Shown here piece after piece: positions 7,195 through 14,213 of a DNA stretch of 15,093 nt (position 1 is its first letter; each line of letters begins with the position of its first letter). The notes beneath the pieces are model-generated. The model was given only the letters and a program-made list of their open reading frames with translations, had not been told where the DNA came from and searched no databases. The position numbers and the translations under genes are program-made. Origin of the DNA: an uncultured bacterium (GTDB lineage: Bacteria > CAZSTA01). Where the stretch lies: NCBI GenBank assembly GCA_964609495.1, contig CAZSTA010000078.1:1-15093 (forward strand), written 5' to 3'.

Positions 7195-7924
7195 ATATTT
7201 CTATGGGATTATAGAGGAACCACAGTTTAAGAAATTTGAATTTTCTGGAGTGGGAGGGGAAGAGGTATATACAACTAGTTACCAGAATCTTTCCGCAGTT
7301 GTAAGTAATATTGAAGTTGGAGAGATAGATCCTATTAGAAAGAATGTACTTGCCCATACAGTAGTTCAGGATGAGGTTCTAAAAATTTATGATCTTCTTC
7401 CTATGGGCTTTGGAATGATAACCAATAGTGGGGAAGAGGTTATGAAGTTATTAGAGAAAAATTATCAGACGATTCTAAAAGAACTAAACCGACTTAAGGG
7501 TAAGATAGAGGGCGAGGTAAAAATCTTCTGGGACGAGGAGGCTATAATGAGAGAACTTCAGAACGAAAATCCGAAGTTCTCCAAGCTTAAAGCCAAGATA
7601 AGAGAAGCTTCATCTCCCGTTGAAGCGCAGAATCTACTTGCGGAAGCTGGTAGGTTGATAGAGCATATTGCTATGGAATGGAAGACTAAATATGCCGAGC
7701 GTGCCTATAATATCCTTAAAGACCTATCTATCGAGGCTAAGCTAAATGAGCCTTTTGGAGTTAAGAATATCCTAAATGCTTCTTTTCTGCTGGAAAGGAC
7801 TATGGAGAATAAATTTAAAGAAGAAATCTACCGATTAGATAGTGAGTATCAGGATAGACTAGATTTCAAATATGTAGGTCCCTTACCACCCTATAATTTC
7901 GTCAAAGTAAAACTGGAGCTGTAA
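7178..7924 (+). CDS. gvpF: Gas vesicle protein GvpF/GvpL family
   Basis: [10 protein letters not shown]...[17 protein letters not shown]...[26 protein letters not shown] matches the GvpF/L family pattern. The start overlaps the cdc48 3' end by 17 nt. Confidence 0.85.
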   Translation: MSYQGRYFYGIIEEPQFKKFEFSGVGGEEVYTTSYQNLSAVVSNIEVGEIDPIRKNVLAHTVVQDEVLKIYDLLPMGFGMITNSGEEVMKLLEKNYQTILKELNRLKGKIEGEVKIFWDEEAIMRELQNENPKFSKLKAKIREASSPVEAQNLLAEAGRLIEHIAMEWKTKYAERAYNILKDLSIEAKLNEPFGVKNILNASFLLERTMENKFKEEIYRLDSEYQDRLDFKYVGPLPPYNFVKVKLEL

Positions 7925-7925
7925 G

Positions 7926-8165
7926 ATGCTTGGACTCTCACTTTTATATGATATTTTTATAGGTGTTCCCTTTACCCTTGGAGTGAAAATACTGGAGAAA
8001 CTGAGGGATGAGATAGATAAGGAGCGCCTTATAACGGAAGATTCGATCAAGAAGAGGCTTCAGCAGCTACAACTATTGTTACAGGATGGAGAGATAAGTG
8101 AGGAAGAGTATGAAGAGTTAGAAGCTAAACTTATTGAAAGACTAAGAGCGGTAAAGGGAATATAG
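7926..8165 (+). CDS. gvpG: Gas vesicle protein GvpG
   Basis: A 79-aa protein with a hydrophobic N-terminus LLYDIFIGVPFTLGVKILEKL and the C-terminal EISEEEYEELEAKLIERL motif typical of GvpG. Confidence 0.8.
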   Translation: MLGLSLLYDIFIGVPFTLGVKILEKLRDEIDKERLITEDSIKKRLQQLQLLLQDGEISEEEYEELEAKLIERLRAVKGI

Positions 8166-8251
8166 TCAATGACCCCGCCCATGAAGGGCGAGGCTTGAGG
8201 GATCAAGCCTACGTTGACTAAGGGTAAGAGTTTCCGCCGACTAGTCTTTTT
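8163..8251 (+). promoter_or_regulatory. Structured intergenic element. A 7-bp outer inverted repeat TAGTCAA/TTGACTA (8163-8169 / 8214-8220) encloses two hairpins, CGCCC-atgaa-GGGCG (8176-8190) and GCTTGA-ggga-TCAAGC (8193-8208). The palindrome GACTAGTC followed by T5 lies at 8239-8251.
   Basis: Inverted repeats read directly. Same architecture as the 2911-3138 element (an outer inverted repeat around two GC hairpins). Probable RNA-stability or attenuator element between gvpG and gvpJ. Confidence 0.35.
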
Positions 8252-8274
8252 ATGAAAGTTAAGGAGGTAAATAA

Positions 8275-8652
8275 ATGGCTATGCAGGCAACCAGGGATGG
8301 ATCTTCTACCCTGGTGGATGTAATTGATCGCGTATTGGATAAAGGGCTTGTTATTAATGCTGATATCTGTGTTTCAGTAGCCGGGGTCGAACTTTTAGGG
8401 ATAAAGGTGAGGGCGGCTTTAGCTTCTTTCGAGACGGCAGCCAAGTATGGGTTAGAATTTCCTAGTGGAACAAATTATGAAACAGCTGCCTGGAAAGAGG
8501 TAAAGGTAGCTAAAGAGGAGTGTCCACAATGTGGAAAGAGGGTTCCTGCCGAAGAACTTATGAATGAAGGCTGTCCATGGTGTGGATGGATGAGTGCAAA
8601 GGCAAAGAAAGCTAAGCCTAAGCTAGCCCCTGAAATATCGGTAGAGGGATAG
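8275..8652 (+). CDS. gvpJ: GvpJ/GvpA-family protein with a C-terminal zinc-ribbon extension.
   Basis: N-terminus MAMQATRDGSSTLVDVIDRVLDKGLVINADICVSVAGVELLGIKVRAALASFETAAKYGL is the GvpA/J core. C-terminus CPQCGKRVPAEELMNEGCPWCGW carries four Cys arranged as CxxC...CxxC. Confidence 0.85.
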   Translation: MAMQATRDGSSTLVDVIDRVLDKGLVINADICVSVAGVELLGIKVRAALASFETAAKYGLEFPSGTNYETAAWKEVKVAKEECPQCGKRVPAEELMNEGCPWCGWMSAKAKKAKPKLAPEISVEG

Positions 8653-8655
8653 AAT

Positions 8656-9012
8656 ATGCCAGAGGATAAGAAAAATAGATTCAAAGGTTTATTGGGGCTT
8701 GATCCTACTTTAGGGGTAGGAGGCAAACTTTTAGACTATGTAGAAGAAGCACATGAAAAAGAAAAGACATTAAATAGTGATTACTATGCCTTTTGCCCAA
8801 AATGCGGTAAGAGACAGGTTAAGGTAAGTTTAATTGAAAATGGATGCTTCCTCTGTGGCTGGAAAGGAAAAGAAGAGGAGATAGAGAAGGCAAAACCAGG
8901 AAACGTAGAAGGAACTTCAGGATATAAAAGTATCTGCCCTAATTGCGATGCTTCTGTCATTACGGAGGAATTTCTGGAAAATGGGTGCTGGAAGTGTGGA
9001 TATAAAAAATGA
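8656..9012 (+). CDS. Small protein carrying two zinc-ribbon modules.
   Basis: The two modules are CPKCGKRQVKVSLIENGCFLCGW and CPNCDASVITEEFLENGCWKCGY. This is the same 'ENGCxxCGW' module as at the GvpJ C-terminus. SD GAGGGA precedes the start. Confidence 0.6.
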   Translation: MPEDKKNRFKGLLGLDPTLGVGGKLLDYVEEAHEKEKTLNSDYYAFCPKCGKRQVKVSLIENGCFLCGWKGKEEEIEKAKPGNVEGTSGYKSICPNCDASVITEEFLENGCWKCGYKK

Positions 9013-9454
9013 GGGTAATTTGACTCAATTTCTTGAAAATCTTGATGAAAAGAGCCGGGCTTTACTCTGGTATCTGTGGTGGCATAGGCATGCCAATATA
9101 TCTGAATTAAGGGAAGTTATAGATGTTTCAAGTGATTTTGAGGTTTTACATAGGTTGAAAGAAGTCATAAATGAGAAAGCCAAGAAGCTCTTAGGTAAGT
9201 TGATAGTAAACTTTGAGCCGTCGAAAATAGATCCTTATACTGGAGAAAAGGTCTTTTTTAGCTGGTGGCTTCTGGATGAGGAAGATAGTACTCTTTTAGG
9301 TGAGAATAAGCAACTGGTTGATATATTCAATGAGAAAGATAATATTACTATAATTGCCCAACTACCTGCTACAGTAGATTTTACCTCTCCAGAAATACAA
9401 TTTAAGAATAGTATATTGAAAATAAAACTAAAGAAGGTAGAGAAGAATGACTGA
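8981..9454 (+). CDS. Degenerate alpha-crystallin (Hsp20-like) paralog with a W-rich N-terminal domain. The start is uncertain: the ORF is open from 8948, ATG 8981 is chosen because GAGGAA lies 9 nt upstream, and it overlaps the previous gene out of frame.
   Basis: The C-terminal half, VDIFNEKDNITIIAQLPATVDFTSPEIQFKNSILKIKLKK, parallels the VDVFDEKDHILVIAELPGV...NGILEITLEK of the 4430 gene. The N-terminal half, LWYLWWHRHANISELREVIDV.., is unassigned. Confidence 0.5.
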   Translation: MGAGSVDIKNEGNLTQFLENLDEKSRALLWYLWWHRHANISELREVIDVSSDFEVLHRLKEVINEKAKKLLGKLIVNFEPSKIDPYTGEKVFFSWWLLDEEDSTLLGENKQLVDIFNEKDNITIIAQLPATVDFTSPEIQFKNSILKIKLKKVEKND

Positions 9455-9929
9455 AAAAGACAAAGATGAAGAAAAAATAGGTGGAGTAACTCAGGGAGTC
9501 CTTCACGGATTAGGGAGAATTATCCCTGGCTTTGAAGAAATTATAAAAGGTTTAGAAAAATCTACCGCTTTCCAGGAAAGATTAAAAGTGGCTAATGAAG
9601 AGATAGAAAAGAGGTTAAAAAAAGCCCCAACAAGGGGTAGGAATAATGTCATTCCACCTGAGAATACACTAAAGGTGAACCAAAACGCTGAGAGAGAATT
9701 GTTGATAGATATATTTGATGAAGGAAGTTATCTAAGGATAATTGCTGAGATGCCAGGTGTGGACGAAAAAGAGATAAAAATTGAAATAAAGGATAACCTA
9801 CTTATACTTTCTACCCCATCTGCTAGGTATAAGTATTACAGAGAGATAGAGCTACCCTGTTTGGTAAAAAAGGAATTTAACTTAGTTTACAAGAATGGTA
9901 TATTAGAGATCAAATTGGAGAAGAGATAA
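9447..9929 (+). CDS. Hsp20/alpha-crystallin-domain protein (second GvpH-like paralog)
   Basis: IDIFDEGSYLRIIAEMPGVDEKEIKIEIKDNLLILSTP...YKNGILEIKLEK is present. ATG 9447 overlaps the upstream stop at 9452-9454. Confidence 0.8.
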   Translation: MTEKDKDEEKIGGVTQGVLHGLGRIIPGFEEIIKGLEKSTAFQERLKVANEEIEKRLKKAPTRGRNNVIPPENTLKVNQNAERELLIDIFDEGSYLRIIAEMPGVDEKEIKIEIKDNLLILSTPSARYKYYREIELPCLVKKEFNLVYKNGILEIKLEKR

Positions 9930-9932
9930 TAA

Positions 9933-10256
9933 ATGGCTATTGATATTGATGCAGATAACCTCAAACAGGGTGTTTTGGGTTTGGTAATCGCCCTTGTGGA
10001 AATTATTAGGGATGCCCTGAAGATTCAAGCATTTAAAAGGGTGGAAAGCGGCATTCTTACCGAGGAAGAATGTGAGAGGTTAGGAGAAGCACTTATGGAT
10101 TTAGATATTGCAATCGAGGAGATAAAGGAAGAGCAGGGGATTACAGAATCTGTTCAGGCTATAAGGGATGGATTAGATGAGATTGTCGATGATGTAGTAG
10201 ATAGAATGGTTAACCCTGAAAGATGGAAAGAAGAGGCGAAAGAAAAAGGAATATAA
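9933..10256 (+). CDS. gvpK: Gas vesicle protein GvpK
   Basis: LGLVIALVEIIRDALKIQAFKRVESGILTEEECERLGEALMDLD matches the GvpK family pattern. Confidence 0.85.
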   Translation: MAIDIDADNLKQGVLGLVIALVEIIRDALKIQAFKRVESGILTEEECERLGEALMDLDIAIEEIKEEQGITESVQAIRDGLDEIVDDVVDRMVNPERWKEEAKEKGI

Positions 10257-10265
10257 GGGATGGAT

Positions 10266-11435
10266 ATGGAAGAGATATTTTATGCTGTGTTGGCTTTACA
10301 TATAGCTGGTAAACCTGTTAATAGAGAGAATATAAAAGCTATCCTTAAAGCTGTAGGGACACCGATCGATGAGAAGGCGCTTGATGCTATGGTACTCTTT
10401 GTTGAGACTTTGGAAGCTGCTCGTAGGGAGAGACAGAGGACTATAGATCCCAGAATCATCAAATTTCTAACAGATGAGCTAGAGCGACAGAAGGTAAAGA
10501 CAGAGCGACTGGAAGCCCTTTTAGATGAACTAACCAAATCTGTTACTCTATCAGAGGCTTATGAGTTTATACCTTCTGAGCGAGATACGGCTGAGGCAGA
10601 AGAAATAACTATTGAAGAAACTGAAAGTATCCCCCGGTATGAGGGAAGATATGTGTACGGAGTGGCTATGGATGGGAGAGAGGTGAATCTTGGTCCGATA
10701 GGAATAGATGGTAATGAGGTCTATACTATACCTTATAGGGGCCTTTCAGTTATTGTGCATAACTGTCCTCCTGAACCATACCAATCTAACGATGATGAAA
10801 TAGTAAAAAACTGGATAAGAACCCATCAGAATGTCCTTGATGTGGCAAAGGAACAATTCGGTACTATTATACCTATGGGCTTTGATATCATACTACAACC
10901 TGATGATGCTACTTCTCCCGATCAAGTTGTAAGAGATTGGCTTAAGGAAGATTATGATAGGCTCTTGACTGTGATGGAAAAGATAGAGGGTAGGGATGAG
11001 TACGGAGTACAGATTTTCTATGATCCAAAGGTGATAGGTGAGCTTATTGCCAAAAATAATGGGGAGCTCGAAAAATTAAAGGAGGAAATAGCTACCAAAT
11101 CGCCAGGGCTTGCCTATATGTATAAACAGAAGATGGAAAAGCTAATAAAGGAAGAAATGGAAAGGCTTGCTGAAGAATGGTTTAGAGATTTCTATAGTAG
11201 GATTAAAAGGCATTGTGATGATATTGTTATAGAGAAAACTAAAAAAGTTGAGAAGGATAAGATAATGCTAATTAATCCCTCCTGTCTTGTAGTCAAAGAG
11301 AATGTTGAGAGCTTAGGTGAAGAGCTAGAAAAGATCAATAGTATAGAAGGATTCTCTGTCCGTTTTACCGGTCCATGGCCTCCATACAGCTTTGTCTCCA
11401 AGCCAACGATAACAACCTCTAATATAGGAGGATAA
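10266..11435 (+). CDS. gvpL: GvpL/GvpF-family protein with an N-terminal domain (~60 aa) resembling the ribosomal stalk P1/P2 (L12e) dimerisation domain. ATG 10260 is an alternative start.
   Basis: The GvpF/L core is RYVYGVAMDG..VYTIPYRGLSVIVHN...NVLDVAKEQFGTIIPMGFDII. The N-terminus MEEIFYAVLALHIAGKPVNRENIKAILKAVGTPIDEKALDAMVLFVETLEAA aligns by eye with archaeal P1, (M)EYIYAALLLHSAGKEI.EENIKAVLEAAG..VDE.R.KALVAAL. The AGGGA SD sits 5 nt before ATG 10266. Confidence 0.8.
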   Translation: MEEIFYAVLALHIAGKPVNRENIKAILKAVGTPIDEKALDAMVLFVETLEAARRERQRTIDPRIIKFLTDELERQKVKTERLEALLDELTKSVTLSEAYEFIPSERDTAEAEEITIEETESIPRYEGRYVYGVAMDGREVNLGPIGIDGNEVYTIPYRGLSVIVHNCPPEPYQSNDDEIVKNWIRTHQNVLDVAKEQFGTIIPMGFDIILQPDDATSPDQVVRDWLKEDYDRLLTVMEKIEGRDEYGVQIFYDPKVIGELIAKNNGELEKLKEEIATKSPGLAYMYKQKMEKLIKEEMERLAEEWFRDFYSRIKRHCDDIVIEKTKKVEKDKIMLINPSCLVVKENVESLGEELEKINSIEGFSVRFTGPWPPYSFVSKPTITTSNIGG

Positions 11436-11525
11436 AATTGATGCTACATAATTGTCAAGGGACTGGAAAAGTCAGCCGTTCCCATAAGCTAATCTCTGGT
11501 ATCTGTGCGGAAGGATAGATAAATA

Positions 11526-12617
11526 ATGGAACCTACTAGAGATACACATGCTACATTAGTAGACCTCTTGGATAGAATTCTAGATAAAGGCTTAATACTT
11601 AATGCGGATCTAATTATCCATATAGCTGGCATCCCTCTTTTGGGAGTTAACCTAAAGGCTTGCCTTGCTGGAATGGAAACGATGCTAAAGTATGGTATCT
11701 GGCAAGACTGGGATGAGGCACAGAGGGTGATTGCCACTGAAGAAGAGAGGAAGAAGAAAAAAGTTCCCTTAGCTCCACAGGAAGATGTCTTCCTAAAGAT
11801 ATTTGCCTCCCTGTGGTACAGTAAAGGTATCTATCATACCCGGAGACCGGGGCATCTATACATCACCGATAGAAGGATATTCTTATTTAGAAAGGAACCA
11901 GCTGAAGTACTATTTCATTGTATGTATAAGGAGATAAAAGGAATCAGTACTGAAAGAAAGGCAAATATTACTGGCAAAGAGACGGATTATCTCTATCTAT
12001 GGCTTAACTCAGGAGAGATCGTTAAGTTGCATCCGACAGATGCTCAGCTTGTTAGAGAGACAATAGAAGAAAGAATGAAATTACTGGGGCTAGAGTTGAA
12101 GAAAGATATCCCCCTTCCTATACTCGATGAGGTAGCAATAAAGTTTTTATCTGAGGAAGAAGAAATTATCCATTCGGGAAAGATATCTTATCTAGTGGCT
12201 GAATCAAGACCGGGGGGTATTACCACCGAGGTATGGAAGCCGGGACATTTATATCTGACTGATAGGAGGTTAGTCTGGTGGTACGATTTCGATGGCAGGA
12301 TTGCTTCTGAATTACCTCTTGAGAAAATTCTGGGAGTTGAAATAAAAAGAAAAGATTTGGGTGATATGTTAAAGAATAAATCTGTTTTAGATTTGGCTTA
12401 TAAGAATGGTAGTAATAGAATTGCCTCTTTCTCTAGTAGTACGGAGGGACTAAATGAGTGGGAAAAAATAATAGGTGAGGTTATGATAGAATACGACAAG
12501 ACAGAAGAGTGCCCCAGGTGTGGCAGAAGGGCACCTATAGATAAGCTGCTTAAAGAAGGCTGTTCAATCTGTGGCTGGGTAAGCCCCAGGCTTAGAAAAA
12601 AGGAGATAGAAGCTTAA
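11526..12617 (+). CDS. Fusion protein combining an N-terminal GvpA/J/M-family domain, two GRAM/PH-like repeats and a C-terminal zinc ribbon.
   Basis: N-terminus [57 protein letters not shown] is the GvpA-family core. The two repeats are ..RRPGHLYITDRRIFLF.. and ..WKPGHLYLTDRRLVWWY.., matching the GRAM/bPH 'G.LYLT..RL.F' signature. C-terminus is CPRCGRRAPIDKLLKEGCSICGW. Confidence 0.8.
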   Translation: MEPTRDTHATLVDLLDRILDKGLILNADLIIHIAGIPLLGVNLKACLAGMETMLKYGIWQDWDEAQRVIATEEERKKKKVPLAPQEDVFLKIFASLWYSKGIYHTRRPGHLYITDRRIFLFRKEPAEVLFHCMYKEIKGISTERKANITGKETDYLYLWLNSGEIVKLHPTDAQLVRETIEERMKLLGLELKKDIPLPILDEVAIKFLSEEEEIIHSGKISYLVAESRPGGITTEVWKPGHLYLTDRRLVWWYDFDGRIASELPLEKILGVEIKRKDLGDMLKNKSVLDLAYKNGSNRIASFSSSTEGLNEWEKIIGEVMIEYDKTEECPRCGRRAPIDKLLKEGCSICGWVSPRLRKKEIEA

Positions 12618-12875
12618 ATGGATATTGATGAAATAATTAGAAAAACCCAAGAAACTTTTACTAGACTTACCAAGATACCTATCGATGGAATTACTGGTAT
12701 ATCAAAGACTGACCAGGGGTGGATGGTAGCACTAGAAGCACTGGAGAGAAGAGCCATACCTGATACTATGGATATACTAGGACTTTATGAGGTTCGCCTC
12801 GACAATGATGGGAATCTTCTTAATTTTGAGAGAAAGAAACTCCGTAAACGCGGTGAAACAGAGGGGGGAGAGTAG
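12618..12875 (+). CDS. gvpO: Gas vesicle protein GvpO
   Basis: DQGWMVALEALERRAIPDTMDILGLYEVRLDNDGNLLNFERKKLRKRG matches the GvpO signature (GW.v.vE..E....PDT.d.L..Y.v.lD.dG.L....R...Y.RG). ATG overlaps the upstream stop (TAAATG). Confidence 0.8.
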   Translation: MDIDEIIRKTQETFTRLTKIPIDGITGISKTDQGWMVALEALERRAIPDTMDILGLYEVRLDNDGNLLNFERKKLRKRGETEGGE

Positions 12876-12876
12876 A

Positions 12877-13110
12877 ATGAGTGCATGGAATAAATGTCCC
12901 AGTTGTGGAATCACTGTCAGTGGGATTGCCGATTACTGTCCTAATTGTGGAGAACCCTGGACTATAGAATGTCAAAATTGCGGAATAACTTGGCGATTCT
13001 GGGAAAATTATAAATTTTGTCCCAATTGTGGAGCTAAGGTAGAAAAGCGTGGTGTCACCAGAGGAAAGCAGAAGGTAGGACCAGGGGTTGGAAAACCAAA
13101 GGTTATTTAA
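12877..13110 (+). CDS. Double zinc-ribbon protein with four CxxCG pairs.
   Basis: MSAWNKCPSCG..YCPNCGEPWTIECQNCG..FCPNCGAKV. ATG 12877 is one nt after the gvpO stop, with a G-rich SD. The ORF-track start at 12787 would overlap gvpO and is unlikely. Confidence 0.6.
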   Translation: MSAWNKCPSCGITVSGIADYCPNCGEPWTIECQNCGITWRFWENYKFCPNCGAKVEKRGVTRGKQKVGPGVGKPKVI

Positions 13111-13147
13111 CCCAAGCTCCGCATTTTAGGAACGCATCACAATTTGT

Positions 13148-13416
13148 GGCTCTTTGAGGGAAAGTGTGAAGGGAAGTTAAGCACATTCGAGGAGGATATG
13201 TTGTCGGAAATTATCAAAGTTTCGATATCCGTATCCTCTCTGTTTGATGAGCTTAATCTCGTTATTGATCCCCTCGGCTAAACCATTGTTTATCCTCTCT
13301 ATAAAGTAATTCAAACTCTCCTCCCACCAAGAGCGAAGAGTATTTACGAATTTGAATAAAGTTCTTACCGCTTGCTCTACCTTATGACACCAAGAGGAGA
13401 AAAATCTCTCTTCGCT
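13148..13416 (-). mobile_element. Remnant of an ISL3-family insertion sequence: the 3' (C-terminal) transposase fragment on the minus strand (13177-13416) plus its terminal inverted repeat reading GGCTCTTTGAGGGAAAGTGTGAAGG inward from 13148. The other end is absent.
   Basis: Minus-strand translation gives SWWEESLNYFIERINNGLAEGINNEIKLIKQRGYGYRNFDNFRQHILLECA*. I recognise the 'EG.NNKIK.IKR.AYGYRNF.NFR.RIL' tail as ISL3 (DDE_Tnp_ISL3) transposases. Upstream frames are broken by stops. The GGCTCTT terminus matches my recollection of ISL3 inverted repeats. No reverse-complement inverted-repeat copy is found at higher coordinates. Confidence 0.6.
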
Positions 13417-13480
13417 TTATCCCATCCCTTGATCTTCTCAAAGATAGGGCGAAATTCCTCCTTCAAGAAATGAGTTCTAA

Positions 13481-13693
13481 GCAAATAGATTTAGTTCTTC
13501 ATATATTCCTAAGGAGGAGATAACCGATCTAGCGGGAGATATGTCCTTAGAAGAGAGATTAGAATTATCTGAGAAAAAGATAATCGAGGGCGCTCTAAAA
13601 GAGGTGGGAGGAAATCAAAGCCGGGCTGCCAAGATGTTAGGTATATCCCGATATAAATTGCGTTATCGAATGCAGAAGTATGATCTACTATAG
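13481..13693 (+). pseudogene. C-terminal fragment (Fis-type HTH_8) of a sigma-54-dependent NtrC-family transcriptional activator.
   Basis: ..MSLEERLELSEKKIIEGALKEVGGNQSRAAKMLGISRYKLRYRMQKYDLL* matches the C-terminal HTH of NtrC/NifA-type activators. No AAA sigma-54 domain is found upstream in any frame. ATG 13541 has a GGGAG motif immediately upstream, so a 50-aa stand-alone product is possible but unlikely. Confidence 0.55.
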
Positions 13694-13759
13694 TAGGTTG
13701 TGTGTTTTTACACTATATGTGGGAAATCACACACATATTATAATCCATTACGTGAAGTT

Positions 13760-13786
13760 CCCCGAGGCTTGCCTCGGGGTTTTCTT
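13760..13786 (+). terminator. Rho-independent terminator: a 9-bp perfect GC stem CCCCGAGGC-tt-GCCTCGGGG followed by TTTTCTT.
   Basis: Read directly; the T-run follows on the plus strand. A second hairpin ATATGTG..CACATAT lies at 13715-13738. Confidence 0.75.
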
Positions 13787-14080
13787 GGCATGATTATATA
13801 ACCTAGCTATCCTCTCGATATGTTTCCCTAATGGTGCAGGAGAGTATCATCTATTACCATAAAACCTTCCTTAGTGTTCACTCCCCTTCTTGCTAAAGAA
13901 GACATCTCTGAAGAAAGATTGCTTTTGTTACCACTACTGAGGAAAATTCTACTATGGATATCACTTCTTACTTCCTCTTCCTCACATCTCCCCCATCTGT
14001 GTTAATTTCCATAAATGTATTTAATATCACTTTTCTATTTCAAGGCATACATCTTTAAGTGATAGTTATATTGATTTTGC

Positions 14081-14213
14081 AGAAACTTCCCCTCGGTACT
14101 TTGCAGGATATATAATATGATATAATATTAACATTTTCTATCGTGTTGCCTTTGCAATATAACAATCGCAGAGGAACTCTTTTGATTAAAGGTATGATAT
14201 TTGCTCTTTATAG
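14081..14213 (+). repeat. Right copy of the flank direct repeat. It carries the same extended -10 TGATATAAT at 14118-14126.
   Basis: See the 1-157 entry. Confidence 0.85.

Noticed and set aside
8948-9012. Possible programmed frameshift joining the zinc-ribbon ORF (8656-9012) to the downstream ACD-like ORF (open from 8948 in another frame)
   Set aside because: A conventional start (ATG 8981 with an upstream GAGGAA) explains the overlap. There is no slippery heptamer or obvious stimulatory structure.
13925-14030. Small hydrophobic plus-strand ORF (MDITSYFLFLTSPPSVLISINVFNITFLFQGIHL)
   Set aside because: It is short, has no RBS, and a region of this length would produce such an ORF by chance.
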